NCBI GenBank assembly: GCA_012295275.1
Contig: CM022673.1
Location: 29,202,001-29,266,000, forward strand
Origin: Chrysomallon squamiferum
Taxonomy: Eukaryota > Animalia > Mollusca
Reading direction: 5' to 3'
Length of the DNA stretch: 64,000 nt
The notes below the pieces were generated by a model. That model was not told the origin of the DNA. It did no database searches and saw nothing but the letters and a program-made list of their open reading frames with translations. A program made the position numbers and the translations under genes. Shown piece by piece: positions 1 to 13,260 of the stretch (positions within the stretch are counted from its first letter, which is position 1; every line of letters starts with the position of its first letter).

Positions 1-304
1 TAAGGAGAACACATTTTATCAGTAGATCGCCATCTTGACAAGATACATCATTTTAGTGAACATCTCTACAACTGAATAAGAATTTAAATTGTTTAAATCT
101 GTCCGCCTTCACGAAAATAATGATTTAAATTAAAAAAAAAACCCACCAAGAATCCAAAAAATTATTTGTTTAGTTATGTTGACTGTCAGTTTGTAAATGG
201 AGAAGGTGAAATATATTCAGTAAGTTGCTTTCAGTAACGCTGGAAAGGTTCAGTTTTTATTATTATTTATTATTATTTTATTTATAGAATTTTATATAAA
301 CTAT

Positions 305-545
305 ACTGTAGTTCAGTGGCTTGTCAGTATATGACTACTTGCAGGATCAATTCTTTTTGACTTTCCGTGACTTGTTTATCAAATGCCTTGGTGTCTGTTT
401 TACTGTCTGTAGGTAGGTTCATAAACGTATTACTTGCTGCTAATCGAAAATAATTAGAACAAACTGGTTTCTTTTCTAATTTGCTGTGTGATCCAAAACC
501 AAATGTTTGATAACACAATACATATCGCGTTAAAGTCATTATTTA
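305..545 (+). mobile_element. Decayed tRNA-derived SINE, Deu/Nin-domain-like
   Basis: Box-A-like head (tgtagttcagtgg). Body TGACTTGTTTATCAAATGCCTTGGTGTCTGTTTTACTGTCTGTAGG...CTTGCTGCTAATCGAAAA resembles the Nin/Deu SINE central domain as I recall it. Related fragments recur elsewhere in the window. Confidence 0.6.
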
Positions 546-1381
546 ATTATTTTATTCTTCCTAAAAAATTATACGGACTGCTTAAGTATAAATGTAAATA
601 TATTTCTCGATTGATCCTGTTATTACATTCATAATTTACAGATACTGTACAGTTTTTTTTTTTATAATGCACTTATCTTATTACCGATCTATTGTCTAAG
701 TCAAATTTCATCAAATAACCTTGAACAAACTCTGCATTTGTTTCACCCTAATCAGGAAGCTTCAAGTTCTGTTTTCTCGTAGCGTTTTGCATAGTAAAAA
801 AAAGACTTGATAAGCAAGTCTGAAAAAGCTACTGGGTCAACACGACTTTTTGTTCTGTCAAAGAATCAAGTGCTAGATTAGTTACACTAATGTCATGATG
901 TTGTGAGAGAAGAGCTGATTATAATGAACTAACTAATAAATCGTCAGATCATTAACGTTGTAAGTTAGATGCCAGAATCGACCCCTTTGGACGTCAAAAT
1001 CGATCCCATTACCAGCAGTTCTTAACTCGAGCGTCTTAATCAATGAAACAAGCAATTAAATCTAAGCAACTTCACGCAACAGCCACCCCGCACTCTTACG
1101 CAATTTCGTTTATATGCGCTCTGTTGTTTAATCATGCAGATACATTCAGTACAGATCGATAGCTGATCGAAAGAGTATTGATTCTATTGACGCTCTAACA
1201 CGTATATGTTTTTATATGATTTTTCTTTTCTGTATATTTTCCAAAACATGAATACTAAATAATTAAATGAATAAATGAACGAATAAATTGATAAATAGAA
1301 CAGATAAATATACAAAAATTGTAAATGTATATACACACACCCACAACATACATATTTACATATATAATACATGCGTACATG

Positions 1382-1403
1382 CATACATACATACATACAT
1401 ACA

Positions 1404-1437
<34 letters not shown>

Positions 1438-1445
1438 CATACATA
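1382..1445. repeat. (CATA)n microsatellite
   Basis: Direct reading; explains the MYVC/HTYI ORFs. Confidence 0.95.
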
Positions 1446-2006
1446 TATATTTTCAGTCTATGTCATCAATAATCGATCAATTTGCAAAAAGGTTCTTACT
1501 TTCTGCATGATCTTACTTGATAATCACGTGGCCATGACATGTAAATATATATTTACACACGCATGTATATATATATATATATCTTACTCTGATGCATAAT
1601 AAGAAATCCGATAACAATTAAAAAAATAGGCTAAATAAAAATCTAATACGATGTTAATAGCTCATAAATCCCACGAAATGCTTAATTAATTAATCAATAT
1701 CTGAAATCTATTGATCACTCTTTATTCCGTCGGAAAATTATGTTTGGTTCATTTACCTCGAATGACGTAATCATTATCTGAACAGCACTTTTAGTTACAG
1801 TTTGGTGTTATAAACAGGCATAAGGACATTTTATATCAATAATTTCTTTTTCTTTGTATATCTTTTTTTTTTCCAGTGATCGAATAAGAATTAAAACTGT
1901 TTTTCAGAATTTCATTTGAAACGTAATTAACTGATAATACAAATAATGACGGTGACATTTTTTTATAATTTATTTGTTTATTTATTTATATATTTATTTA
2001 TTTATT

Positions 2007-2062
<56 letters not shown>

Positions 2063-2224
2063 GTATCTACCTACCTTCCTACACACATACATACTGCAAA
2101 CAAAAATGAGTAAATAACGCTCACATTTATTTTCCGTGTCGACTATTTTCACAGCAGTTAATTACCATCCACAAAATGTCATCGAATTTGGTTACATAAA
2201 AGAATTTATCTGTCTTGAAAGCAG

Positions 2225-2255
<31 letters not shown>

Positions 2256-2984
2256 GTTGTTTGTTTTTTGTTTTGTTTTTTAAATTTTGAAATGAACATG
2301 TCGGACATAAAGCAAGTTCATAGGCTGTTTCTGTTCAACTGTTTTCAATTAGTATTATATTCGGCTATTTCCGTAAGTAGTCGGGGTCTGCTGACATATT
2401 TAGTTCAATTTCTATTACGATTCAATAAAAAAAAAAAAAAAAAAAAAATAAAATAAAATAAAATAAAATAAAATAAAATAAAAAAAAAAAATAATAATAA
2501 TAATAATAATAAAATAGGGTGAAGAATAATTATATTTTACGAGGCGAATCGTCAAATGGTGACCGTGAAATGTTCTGTTTGTTATCTTCAACAAGTTTGT
2601 TTTTGTTTTTCTTGTACTTGTGTTGAGATCGCAGTTGAGCCGTTGTTAGAAAAACAGCTTTGTTTGGTCCCTGGCTAATCTCACAGCACATCTCTCTCAT
2701 ACTTGCTTTGTTCTGGCGTAGTCCTGTGTGAATGTCACACGTCTTGTGACCAAGCAGATTATCTTGTCCCGTCTGATTGTGCGTACGTGCGTGTTTTTGT
2801 GAGTAATATCGCGTCTATGAATGTTTGGGTTTATTTTTTATTTTATTTTTCTTGTTTGGGTTTAAATGAGTGTGTATAAGTGTACTCGCCTATGTGTGTC
2901 TATGCATGCATGTAGTTTCCTAACAAAGTTTTATTTATTTATTTATTTATTTATTGCTTTTTATTTATTTTGTTTATTTATATT

Positions 2985-3019
<35 letters not shown>

Positions 3020-3459
3020 TTTTGTTTTAAATCTTGCCATGGTGCCCGCAAAACTTTTAGTAATCTCTGCAAATGACTGCTCCCTTCAGTTAGTGACAGT
3101 GTGAGTAAACTGAAAAAGAGGACATAAGTACCTTCCGTGAACTAACTGATACAACTGAATCACTACATAGTGCATTACTGAACTTGTATCACAAAAAACA
3201 AACAACCCAAAACCCCACTTCTTCCCAGTACTAGGATCGGTGCTTAAGTGGTTAATTTTACATTATTAATAACATTTACTCTCTGCACGGCTGGAAGTCT
3301 GTTTTGTTCGTTGTAGTTGTTAATAAGCAGAAACACGACAAACTTGAAAAACAGACGTCTCACAGTGAATATCTATCTCGTCTCTAGTGACTACAAATCT
3401 CTGAAACGCTTTAGATGTAAAGTTAGAGGTTATCCATTTCTTCTTCTGTGATGGTTTTT

Positions 3460-3460
<1 letters not shown>

Positions 3461-3492
<32 letters not shown>

Positions 3493-3711
3493 GTGTGTTT
3501 GTGTTTGTGTGTGTGTGTATGTGTGTGTTTGTGTTTGTGTGTGTGTTTGTGTTTGTGTTTGTGTGTGTGTATGTGTGTGTGCATGTGTGTGTGTATGTGT
3601 GTGTTTGTGTTTGTGTGTGTGTGTATGTGTGTGTTTGTGTTTGTGTGTGTGTTTGTGTTTGTGTTTGTGTGTGTGTGTGTGTGTGTGCATGTGTGTGTGT
3701 ATGTGTGTGTG
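3461..3711. repeat. Compound (GT)n / (GTTTGT)n microsatellite
   Basis: Direct reading. Confidence 0.95.
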
Positions 3712-4329
3712 ATGACGACTGTAAACAAGCGGGACTGAGTAAATCACTGTTAAAACTGCTATATCTCTGTTATATACAATTTATTTATTTATTTATTTAT
3801 TTATTCGTTTATTTATTATCTTTTTTAATTTTTTAATTTATTTAGTTTTTCAAAGTAGAATTTGATGCTTGGACTAAATTAAAAGAACGGCGAAACAAAT
3901 AACAATATAAACATCTTATGTGACCGGCATATTTTATTGCCTGAATGTTTGATTTGAACATTCATGTAAAATTATCACTTTAATTACTTATCTCTACATG
4001 AAATACATTTCAAAGAGCAAATTTAAAAACATTTCAAACGTTGCAGTAAGATAAACAAACATTTTTTAAAGTTGCGAATATACAAGAACTTAATTCATAT
4101 ATCTATTTCCCGCCCCCACAAAAAAAAGAGTATATTAGTAAACGTATTTACGATTTCTTAATCAGTATATGAGGCATTAAGATTATGTTTATTTCAAACA
4201 AGAGAAATGCTAAATCTTCTGTTGAATGTAAATGACAGAAATTTTCATTCAAATGTTTCATGTATTCAAGAGAAAATCAGATAATGAGCCTCCTGAAACC
4301 AAGATCTTCTAGAGTGGAAACGATACTGG

Positions 4330-4560
4330 TTCTCTTGTATTCAACTAAAAACCAGTCGCTCAGGGCAGTTTTCCATACCCCAAAGCACTATTACTACACA
4401 CTGGCTTGTACTTCAAAGACTGCAGAATGTGGAGTGAAAAGTGCATACAAAAAATTACAATAAATACAGCGTTGATAAATTACCTGTTGCTTCACCCATC
4501 CAAAAACCAGGCTTAGAAAATAAATTGAAATGACGTCGTTAAACAAAACGAAAACTTTAA
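4330..4560 (+). mobile_element. Highly decayed SINE copy, same family as 305-545
   Basis: acactggcttgtacttcaaagactg...gaaaagtgcatacaaaaa body and a gacgtcgttaaacaaaac tail similar to other copies. Confidence 0.4.
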
Positions 4561-5971
4561 ACAAACTTTAAGGAATCTCAATTTGTCCAAGAATTATTAT
4601 TTATTTTATTTTAATTAAAACATCAAAACTAAAATAACATACAGAAGATTCCGTTTGAAACCACATATAAAGATTCAAGCTGTTTTTGTTTTATATGATT
4701 TTTTATTTTTTTATATATTTTTTTTTTACGGTTTTACTTTTACTCTGCAAATGGTAAACATCTGTCAAATCTTTAGCATGTCACTGCTTTCACCGTGTTT
4801 TTTCAATAAGATAAACAACTGCAATTATGTCCCTACTCGTTCGCTTGTTACTGAAGTCTTTTTCGCTGTCTCTGGGAAGGAGGCTTCAAAGAGATGCTTG
4901 AAGTGAGGTAGAAAAAAATCACTTGCGCTTTCATCGTAAGTGGAGATGTCAGTCTTGAAAAGACGCTACAACACTTTTTTTGCAGTCAACTGAGAAACAA
5001 AATAAATGTTTATGTTTAGATCAAAATGCTTTTTTGTAAGCTTTTTTTTATATTTTTCTACAGATTCAGTGTTTGTGAAAACTGGACGCTGAGTTCGATT
5101 TTAGTGAAAGAATAAATATTTCGCAAATGAAGTAGACGTGAGATAAAAGCCGAAGAAAAAATATTCTGGTAAATAAAATCGAAAGTCGAAGACGCGCCAT
5201 CTGTTATTTTCCTGAATAACTCCTACTCCTTAATTTTATCCTGAAAAGAATTACATTCAGTGTAAATATAAATATAGATTTTGATTCATAATAATACGTA
5301 GAGGATTTTACAAGGTCATATTTATGACGAAAGAAAAGTAATTAAGGCTCTGTTATTATAATTTCAACATAAGCGACAGCAACTCGCTAAGAGGTCAACA
5401 TTAATCAAATTTTTACTATTTTCTTTTTTCCTCATTTCACTTGTGTAATTTTCTTTGTAATCAAAAATGCTCATGTTGTACTCAAGAGACAATAGTGTTG
5501 ACCTGAAGGTCAAGGCCCCGGTTATTTTGAGTTCAAGGACAATTTGAAATCTTCCATTATTTCACCGCATGTTTCAGCATTTTCAAGACAGAAACCATAT
5601 AAAGTATATTTTAAAAGTAAATGTTTTTCTTCTTGTTCAACATATAGTAAGCACACTCTAATGTTAAATATTTCCAATCACATTAAAAAATAATCATAAT
5701 AATAATGAACTTTATTTTCTTTCAGAATTTACTTTAAAACTAATTTGAAAACATAATACGCGACATAAACAATTTTTTTGAAAAAAATAATAATATTTCT
5801 TAATTACATTTTTCTTTTCTTAACCGCACTTCGTATTTCAGTTACATCTTAAATGGACTCTCGTTTATTTCATACTTTATATTTTTGAAGAAAATGTTGC
5901 ATCATTTACATGCGTGACTCAATCCCATAATGACAATTTCAGTGAAATGAAAAATATAACAATAATTCTGA

Positions 5972-6007
5972 GATTATTATTATTATTGCTATTGTTGTTA
6001 TTATTAT

Positions 6008-6080
<73 letters not shown>

Positions 6081-6097
6081 GTTGCTGTTGCTGTTGT
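5972..6097. repeat. (TTA)/(CTA)/(CTG) trinucleotide tract
   Basis: Direct reading; explains the poly-Leu ORF. Confidence 0.95.
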
Positions 6098-6537
6098 TTT
6101 TATTGTCGTTTATTTACTTCTTTTATTTTAATTTTTATTATCATCACCATCATTTTCTTTATTTCCCTTTAGTTTCATTCCCTCTCTCTCTCTCTCTCTT
6201 TAATTATTATTTCTTTTTATTGTTAATTTTTATATCTTGACTTTTTAATTTTGGAAACCAAACAATAAACGCCCTCCTCTCATCTCTCGCTGAAATAATA
6301 AAACCCCAGAGCAAATAAGCAAAGAAAAAACACACACGATAAAATTCTGTTGCCTTAAATCAAAGCCTACGCATGCTAACAAATAATAACTGCATAACAC
6401 GTGATGGTGTCAGATCGCGGAAACAGAGAAATTTGTATTCACTGAACTCCCGAGTGATCGTTACTACACTGTCCCAGTACACTTTAAACTACATCATCAC
6501 CATCATCACTATCATCACTGTTACTGTTGCGGCTGCT

Positions 6538-6571
6538 ATTATTATTATTATTGTTGTTGTTGTTGTTATTA

Positions 6572-6624
<53 letters not shown>

Positions 6625-6728
6625 GTTGTTGTTGTTGTTGTTATTGTTAATGTGACTGTTGTTATTATTATTATTATTATTATTTTGAATTTTGATTCTG
6701 TTTTTTAATGCTTCAGAATATATTTTGT

Positions 6729-6779
<51 letters not shown>

Positions 6780-6961
6780 CTCTCTCTCTCTCTCTCTCTT
6801 TCTCTTTCTCTATTTCTCTCTCTCTGTTTTTCTCTTTTTCTGTTTCAATCTTTCTATCTTTTCTTTTTCTATCTCTATCACTGACACTGCCTGTCTGTCT
6901 ATCAATCTATCTGTCTATCTGTATTTATCTCTGTTTCTCTGTTTCTCTTTTTCTCTATCTG

Positions 6962-7000
<39 letters not shown>
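6538..7000. repeat. Cluster of (ATT)n, (GTT)n, (CT)n and (GT)n microsatellites
   Basis: Direct reading. Confidence 0.9.
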
Positions 7001-7005
<5 letters not shown>

Positions 7006-7277
7006 GCGAGTGCGTGTAATGATAATTATATTACCTCATTTCCTCGTCGTAAACGATTAAGGTCGAAGTAATACAATATTTGTTTAAGTGAGAATAATAG
7101 CTAACAATAACAGTGATTATTTTAATGATGCTGTTTATAATAATAACAGTAATGACTGTCGTGTTGATGATGGTAATAACACAAGTAACTGATATCTGTA
7201 GCAGTAGTTGCCCACAATGATGACAAGGAAGAGGAAGTGGAAATATTGTTATTATGTTTCCGTGACCTGAATGAATT

Positions 7278-7440
7278 CACAGACAAACCTGTTTATGACG
7301 ACCATTCCAGAAACCGGGCAGAAGTGGTTGTCGTAGACAGGTGGACGTTATGCAGAGGTATAACTTCAAATAAAATGCTTTATAGTGAAAATCTCACATA
7401 GTCATAACAAAGACAAGGTTACCTCCAAAGCAGGTGTAAT
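7278..7440 (+). mobile_element. Terminal fragment of a pogo/Tigger-type DNA transposon
   Basis: CAGACAAACCTGTTTATGACGACCA...AAGTGGTTGTCGTAGACAGGTGGACGTTATGCAGAGGT has an internal inverted CCTGT..ACGACCA / TGGTTGTCGTAGACAGG arrangement, like Tigger-type ends I recall. I found no partner end. Confidence 0.5.
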
Positions 7441-7535
7441 TATTTTTAAATGAAAAGAGACACCTAAAAAATACCATGTCAGAAAATTATTATTATTATC
7501 ATCATCAAAATTTTCATAGTAACCATCATCATCAT

Positions 7536-7570
<35 letters not shown>

Positions 7571-8667
7571 TATTAAGATTTCTGATATTATAAAGACTAA
7601 TACGCGATGAAATTCAGAATCCAATCTAAGCAGTGAAAGGTTTGTTTCGGGTGAAGTAGGAAGTTTCCAAGGCGCTATTGTCAAACACATCAATTACATC
7701 CAAAAAAAGAAACCTGCATTTCTCATTCGAGATTGCAAATTTTTTAATGTGTTTTTTTTGTTTGTTTGTTTTTTTCTCCCCTTATAATGATCTACATGAT
7801 GCCATCAGAGTCGATATGGATTCTAAAACCGTGATCTTTTCACCTACACAGCTTGAAGGCTTGAAAAGTGATCGCTATGTTTACACCAGGAAGGCGCAGT
7901 GTTTGCTTCAAATGTCTTGGATAAAATTGAAAACTGATCTTTGATGCTTTATTTATTTTCTGTCAGAGTGCATTTTAATAGTGTTTTCAGAAGCAATGAC
8001 TCTGCATACGCGAATGCAGAGTGAGAGGGCCACCCCTGCACCACGTATTAACTTCACCGATTATTTTCTTTATAGCTGGAGTCGAGTCATCTGGAAGTTG
8101 TGTCTAGCGCACGGTTGATCATTCGTGGATCCATCTTTGCAACTGCAGCTGTAAGATTCCACTGAAAGAAATGAAGTGTTGGCGAACACATAGTGGAGAA
8201 ACAAAAATAATAAAAGATAATTATTTTTAACTTTAAGTGAAAAAGTCAAAAGAATGGTTCATTCTTCACTTGAATTAAGCAGATTAACTCTGATAATACG
8301 TCTAGTTACCAGCTAGTATTTCTGAAAATTAAGAATCCTCTCCAGCACGTGGCTTGCAAATTCTTTAGAAGAATCCTGAAACACAACGCAGATTAATTTG
8401 AACGACAACAAAATGAATTGCAGCATTCTTTAAAGATAACCGACTGATTAACACTTTTGACAGAATGATATGATTTTCTTTTTTATTTTTTTTTTATTAG
8501 TTTTTTATTTTATTTTATAAATCGTTAAGCTCATATTTACTCACTGCTGTGTATAGTTAGTAATGAGACATAGCCAGTTCAGTATAGCACAGATAACCTG
8601 TGTTATGATGACAAGTAATAACCATAATTAATTATGTTTGTTTAAATTATCATCATCTTCATCTGCA

Positions 8668-8689
8668 TTTTATTATTGTTATTATTATT

Positions 8690-8722
<33 letters not shown>

Positions 8723-8893
8723 GCTGCTGCTGCTGCTGCAGAAGCCGTTGTATTGTTATTTTCATTGTCATTGTCATTATCAACATTATCATCATCGTCG
8801 TCATCATCATCATTATTGTTAATGATGTTGTTGTGGTATTTGTTATTGTTATTGTATTGTTTAGCGAAAATATCAAGATACAAAGAATTATAA

Positions 8894-8943
<50 letters not shown>
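8668..8943. repeat. (TTA)/(TTG)/(CTG)/(ATC) tracts and (AAAT)n
   Basis: Direct reading; explains the poly-Cys and poly-Gln ORFs. Confidence 0.9.
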
Positions 8944-8944
<1 letters not shown>

Positions 8945-9649
8945 GCAAACAAACAAATAACTATTTAAAAATAACTGTAATATATATATATTTGTTTACT
9001 GCTAATTTCTTTTTCGGTTAATCTCACTATTTCACACTTCATTACCCCGCAGTTACAATTGTTTGATTACTGATATGTTTTTTATTCTTCGGTGTTTTGT
9101 TCTGTATGAACCAGTTATAGAAATAATTCATGTCGATCTGTTTCAACTATCTAGATCAGATATCCCTGAGATATGTCAATTAACTAACACAAAATACGTC
9201 CGAAATGAAGTCATTTGCGCGTCAAACATCTCATTACATCTGAACATTTTGTATTTCTAAATTACTGCATTTTGTTTGTTCTTGGCAAAATTAATAGTTG
9301 TTTTATGAACAGAACGCAACACAGTGTTCTTAGATAAGTAAGATAAATAGCTTTTGTAATTTAAGAGGTGGAATACAAACCATTTATACGTCAGTTTTCT
9401 ACTATAGAGAACTTTTCTCTAGTCTTAACACTTTAAAACATTATCGATATCGTGTTCATGAATAAATAACACAAACGTTTATAGTTTAAGTAGTTCAAAA
9501 TGTGGAATAAAACACGAGTTTTCTACTAAAAACATTTCTTTCCTCTTCTTTATGATTTTCATCTATTAAAACAATGTCGACAACATACATTTCTTTGGGA
9601 TAATTATTTTATTTAAAATGTATTATTAGTGTTGTATGTTTTGAATCAA

Positions 9650-9745
9650 GTGAGAACAGAAAACCAGGGTTTCTCTTAGTTATAGCAGCAAGGGAACTTT
9701 TATATACCCTTCCCATAAACAGGAAAAGTTTAATGACCTTTAGTA
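9650..9745 (-). mobile_element. Decayed Deu/Nin-like SINE fragment
   Basis: tagcagcaagggaacttttatatacccttcccataaacagga is the reverse complement of the central-domain motif; it shares CTTGCTGCTA with the copy at ~433. Confidence 0.55.
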
Positions 9746-10529
9746 AGATCTGTAATGTGAAAATAACCTATTAATCTTGACTCGTCAGAGCGATCTTAGT
9801 AACTGAGTTAACTCTATTATCTGTATTTCTAAGGACCATTCTTATGCTTTATTTAAACACATGCTAGTCAAAGACAGGTTCTCATGCATCTTCCGACGTC
9901 TCTTTTAATTTTTAATTAAAACAAAGAGGAAAAGCAAAGATGTTCACAGTTTCTAGTAAAAAGTATCATCTGTCTCAAACAGCCACGTACAAAATAAAAG
10001 GAAAAATCTTCATGAAGAACAATTACATATTAGATATAACGTGTTTCTTTTTTCGTCTATGATTCACTATTGCCCGAAACTGTGTAGGAATTTCAATTAA
10101 TATCTTATTTAAAATTGTTGTTTCACTCTTTGGGTTATAATTGAACACTTGAATTCAAGAATGCACCAAGCACAGCTATGCAGCAATAGGTTCTGAGAAA
10201 ATGTTGGAGGTTGAACAGTGCAATCCATTACTTACATTTTTGTGTCACTTTGGCCGACAATTTGCTTGTTATATCGGTCCTGATCTGAGTTCTTAATTGC
10301 AGTTTTTGATGTTAGTGGACAGAATTCTTTAATCTGCGATTCAAAGGGCTAATTTCCTGGTGTGAAAGGGGCTGAACATTCACCGAGGAATCACTTCACT
10401 GCTCAGACGACACTGCAGACTCGATCGTGTTTCATTTCGCAAATCGTTAGATTTTATTTTTATTTTATTTTTTTTGTGATTGACATGAGCTAGTGTTTCT
10501 TTTTTCTCGCCATAGAAATAATGATCGTT

Positions 10530-10820
<291 letters not shown>

Positions 10821-12440
10821 TCTTTGTTTGCATCGATCGTTTGCGTATTTTCAAGTTGTTTTGTTTTTTCTGTCTGTGTATCTATTTTTATATCTACCTA
10901 CGCATTTTTTTTTCTCTCTCTTTTATCTAATTCCGGGTCTCTGGCTGTGCTTGTTTGTCAGTTTCTTCACACATCTGTTAAACAGAAACATAAACAAAAT
11001 ACAAACACATTTATTCAAATTCAAGTTCACACACACAAACACGTTCCTTATAAGAGGTAGCGTTTCATAAAGCTTAGAGTAAGAACTGTGCACTTCAAGC
11101 ATCCTTAAATACGAGTTATTTCTCCGTGTCATTAGGATATAAACAAACAAACAAACAAATACAATAATATGATCGGCATATAGAGTTTAATCAGAAGTAT
11201 GTTGTAAAACAAAACAAAATACACATTCACATATATATATATATATTTACTGATAATATATTAAACATATATTTTACTTTTGCTATTCCAAAGAAAACTA
11301 GTCAGGAAAAGAAACATGTTTCTTGTGAAAAACATTGGCATGTCATATCTAAACCTGCCATTCATTCCTTTCATCTTTGACTCGCTAATTATATATTCTT
11401 CTGTTGTTTTGTTTTCGTTATCACCCGTCTGTCTGTCTGTCTCTCCGTGTGTGTCTATCTGAGAAATCTGCGATGCATTTCAAAAAAGACGCATCTTGAT
11501 GGTTCGTGTCTCCTAAGTTTTCGAGAGTCTGTAAACTTGACTACTTTTGTTTTAAAAAACAATAATTACTTTTCTATCTCGCACCATCATCAGTTTCCCG
11601 TCTTCGTTGAAAGCATCACACACACCTAAAAGTTCTAAACAATCTTAGGAAAATACCGCGCATCTGTTGTCAAAACAAACACAGAGTATTATCTGCAGGG
11701 TGAGCCCATCTCCGCTGCTAAAACCCACACGACTCTGACACCTTATCTCTGGCAAAGAGTTACTCACCGTCCTCGCGAAAACACAAACAAGAAGAATTTT
11801 TTGTTGAAACTTTAGATTTTATCAAAACTCTGCTGTCAGTATCAGTATCTTCAACTTTTAACCAACAAAAGAAAAAAAAACAGAATTTTTTTTAAAAATG
11901 AGTATCAGCTCTGCTTTGATTTAGAAAAGGAAGTCCTATTTTCGTTAAACCATCTTTTGAAAATTTCTTCTCTTAATTCGTTTTAAGTGAAACCGTTTAT
12001 CATCTTATAATTTTGTCGATAAATATATTAATTAAAACAAGAAGATGTGGCAAAGCATTAAAGACATTTTTTGGCATGTTTGTTTTGGTTCTATTTTTAA
12101 AAGATTTATTTTCACTCTACGATTCTCTAGAGATTAATCCCAGTTGGCAGGCTACTTCCTAATGACCCACTGACCTTTATGACGCTATCAATAACCAATA
12201 CCCAACAGCTATAATCTGTACAGTGCTCCCAATGAAGCCATCAATATCGAACGTAGTAACGAGTCACTTGTGATAACAGTACAGAAATTTGTTGATCTCC
12301 AATAATCAAATATAAGTAAACTGAAAGTTAGAAAATACTGAAATAGAGAAATAACGACAAGAAAAGGAAAAAAAACCGTTCATTAGAATTTTTATGATTT
12401 CTTTAAATGTGAGAACGTGAAACAGCTTTTATCGCATTCG

Positions 12441-12454
12441 CCGGAAGCGGAAGT
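12441..12454 (+). promoter_or_regulatory. Tandem ETS/GABP-type motif CCGGAAGCGGAAGT
   Basis: Two adjacent CGGAAG cores in an otherwise AT-rich context; function not shown. Confidence 0.35.
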
Positions 12455-12656
12455 ATGCCTTATCGGCAAATTTATTTCCTCTCCGCAAATGCTAAGCACT
12501 GACCCGGTTTTACGTGAGTTACTCTGTTGGCCCTTAGCAGTGTATTGATTGTCAAGGTTATTTACATTACAAATTTCCAGCATAACTTGAAGGATATCTA
12601 ATTAGTTAAGCAAACCTGAGTGTATAAACTGTTAGATAGCTTACACCGCGGCTCGG

Positions 12657-13260
12657 CTCTGTGATTATTCTAACTGTAACCACTGGCTCCCAGTCCACGA
12701 TATAAAATAGCTTTACTCTGATCTCTGTGTTTATTCTAACTGTAACCACTGGCTCCCAGTCTAGGATATAAAATAGCTTTACTCTGATCTCTGTGTTTAT
12801 TCTAACTGTAACCACTGGCTCCCAGTCCACGATATAAAATAGCTTTACTCTGATCTCTGTGTTTATTCTAACTGTAACCACTGGCTCCCAGTCTAGGATA
12901 TAAAATAGCTTTACTCTGATCTCTGTGTTTATTCTAACTGTAACCACTGGCTCCCAGTCCACGATATAAAATAGCTTTACTCTGATCTCTGTGTTTATTC
13001 TAGCTGTAACCATTGACTCCCAGTCCAGGATATAAAATAGCTTTACTCTGCTCTCTGTGTTTATTCTAGCTGTAACCATTGACTCCCAGTCCAGGATATA
13101 AAATAGCTTTACTCTGATCTCTGTGTTTATTCTAACTGTAACCACTGGCTCCCAGTCCAGGATATAAAATAGCTTTACTCTTTACTCTGTGTTTATTCTA
13201 ACTGTAACCACTGGCTCCCAGTCTAGGATATAAAATAGCTTTACTCTGATCTCTGTGTTT
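12657..13260. repeat. 66-bp minisatellite, ~9 copies
   Basis: Unit ACTCTGATCTCTGTGTTTATTCTAACTGTAACCACTGGCTCCCAGTC(CAC/TAG/CAG)GATATAAAATAGCTTT repeated near-perfectly. The 179-aa ORF 12606..13145 is its 22-codon translation. Confidence 0.97.

Noticed and set aside
12606-13145. 179-aa repeat protein ORF
   Set aside because: It lies almost entirely in the 66-bp tandem array, and no domain or gene structure is recognisable.
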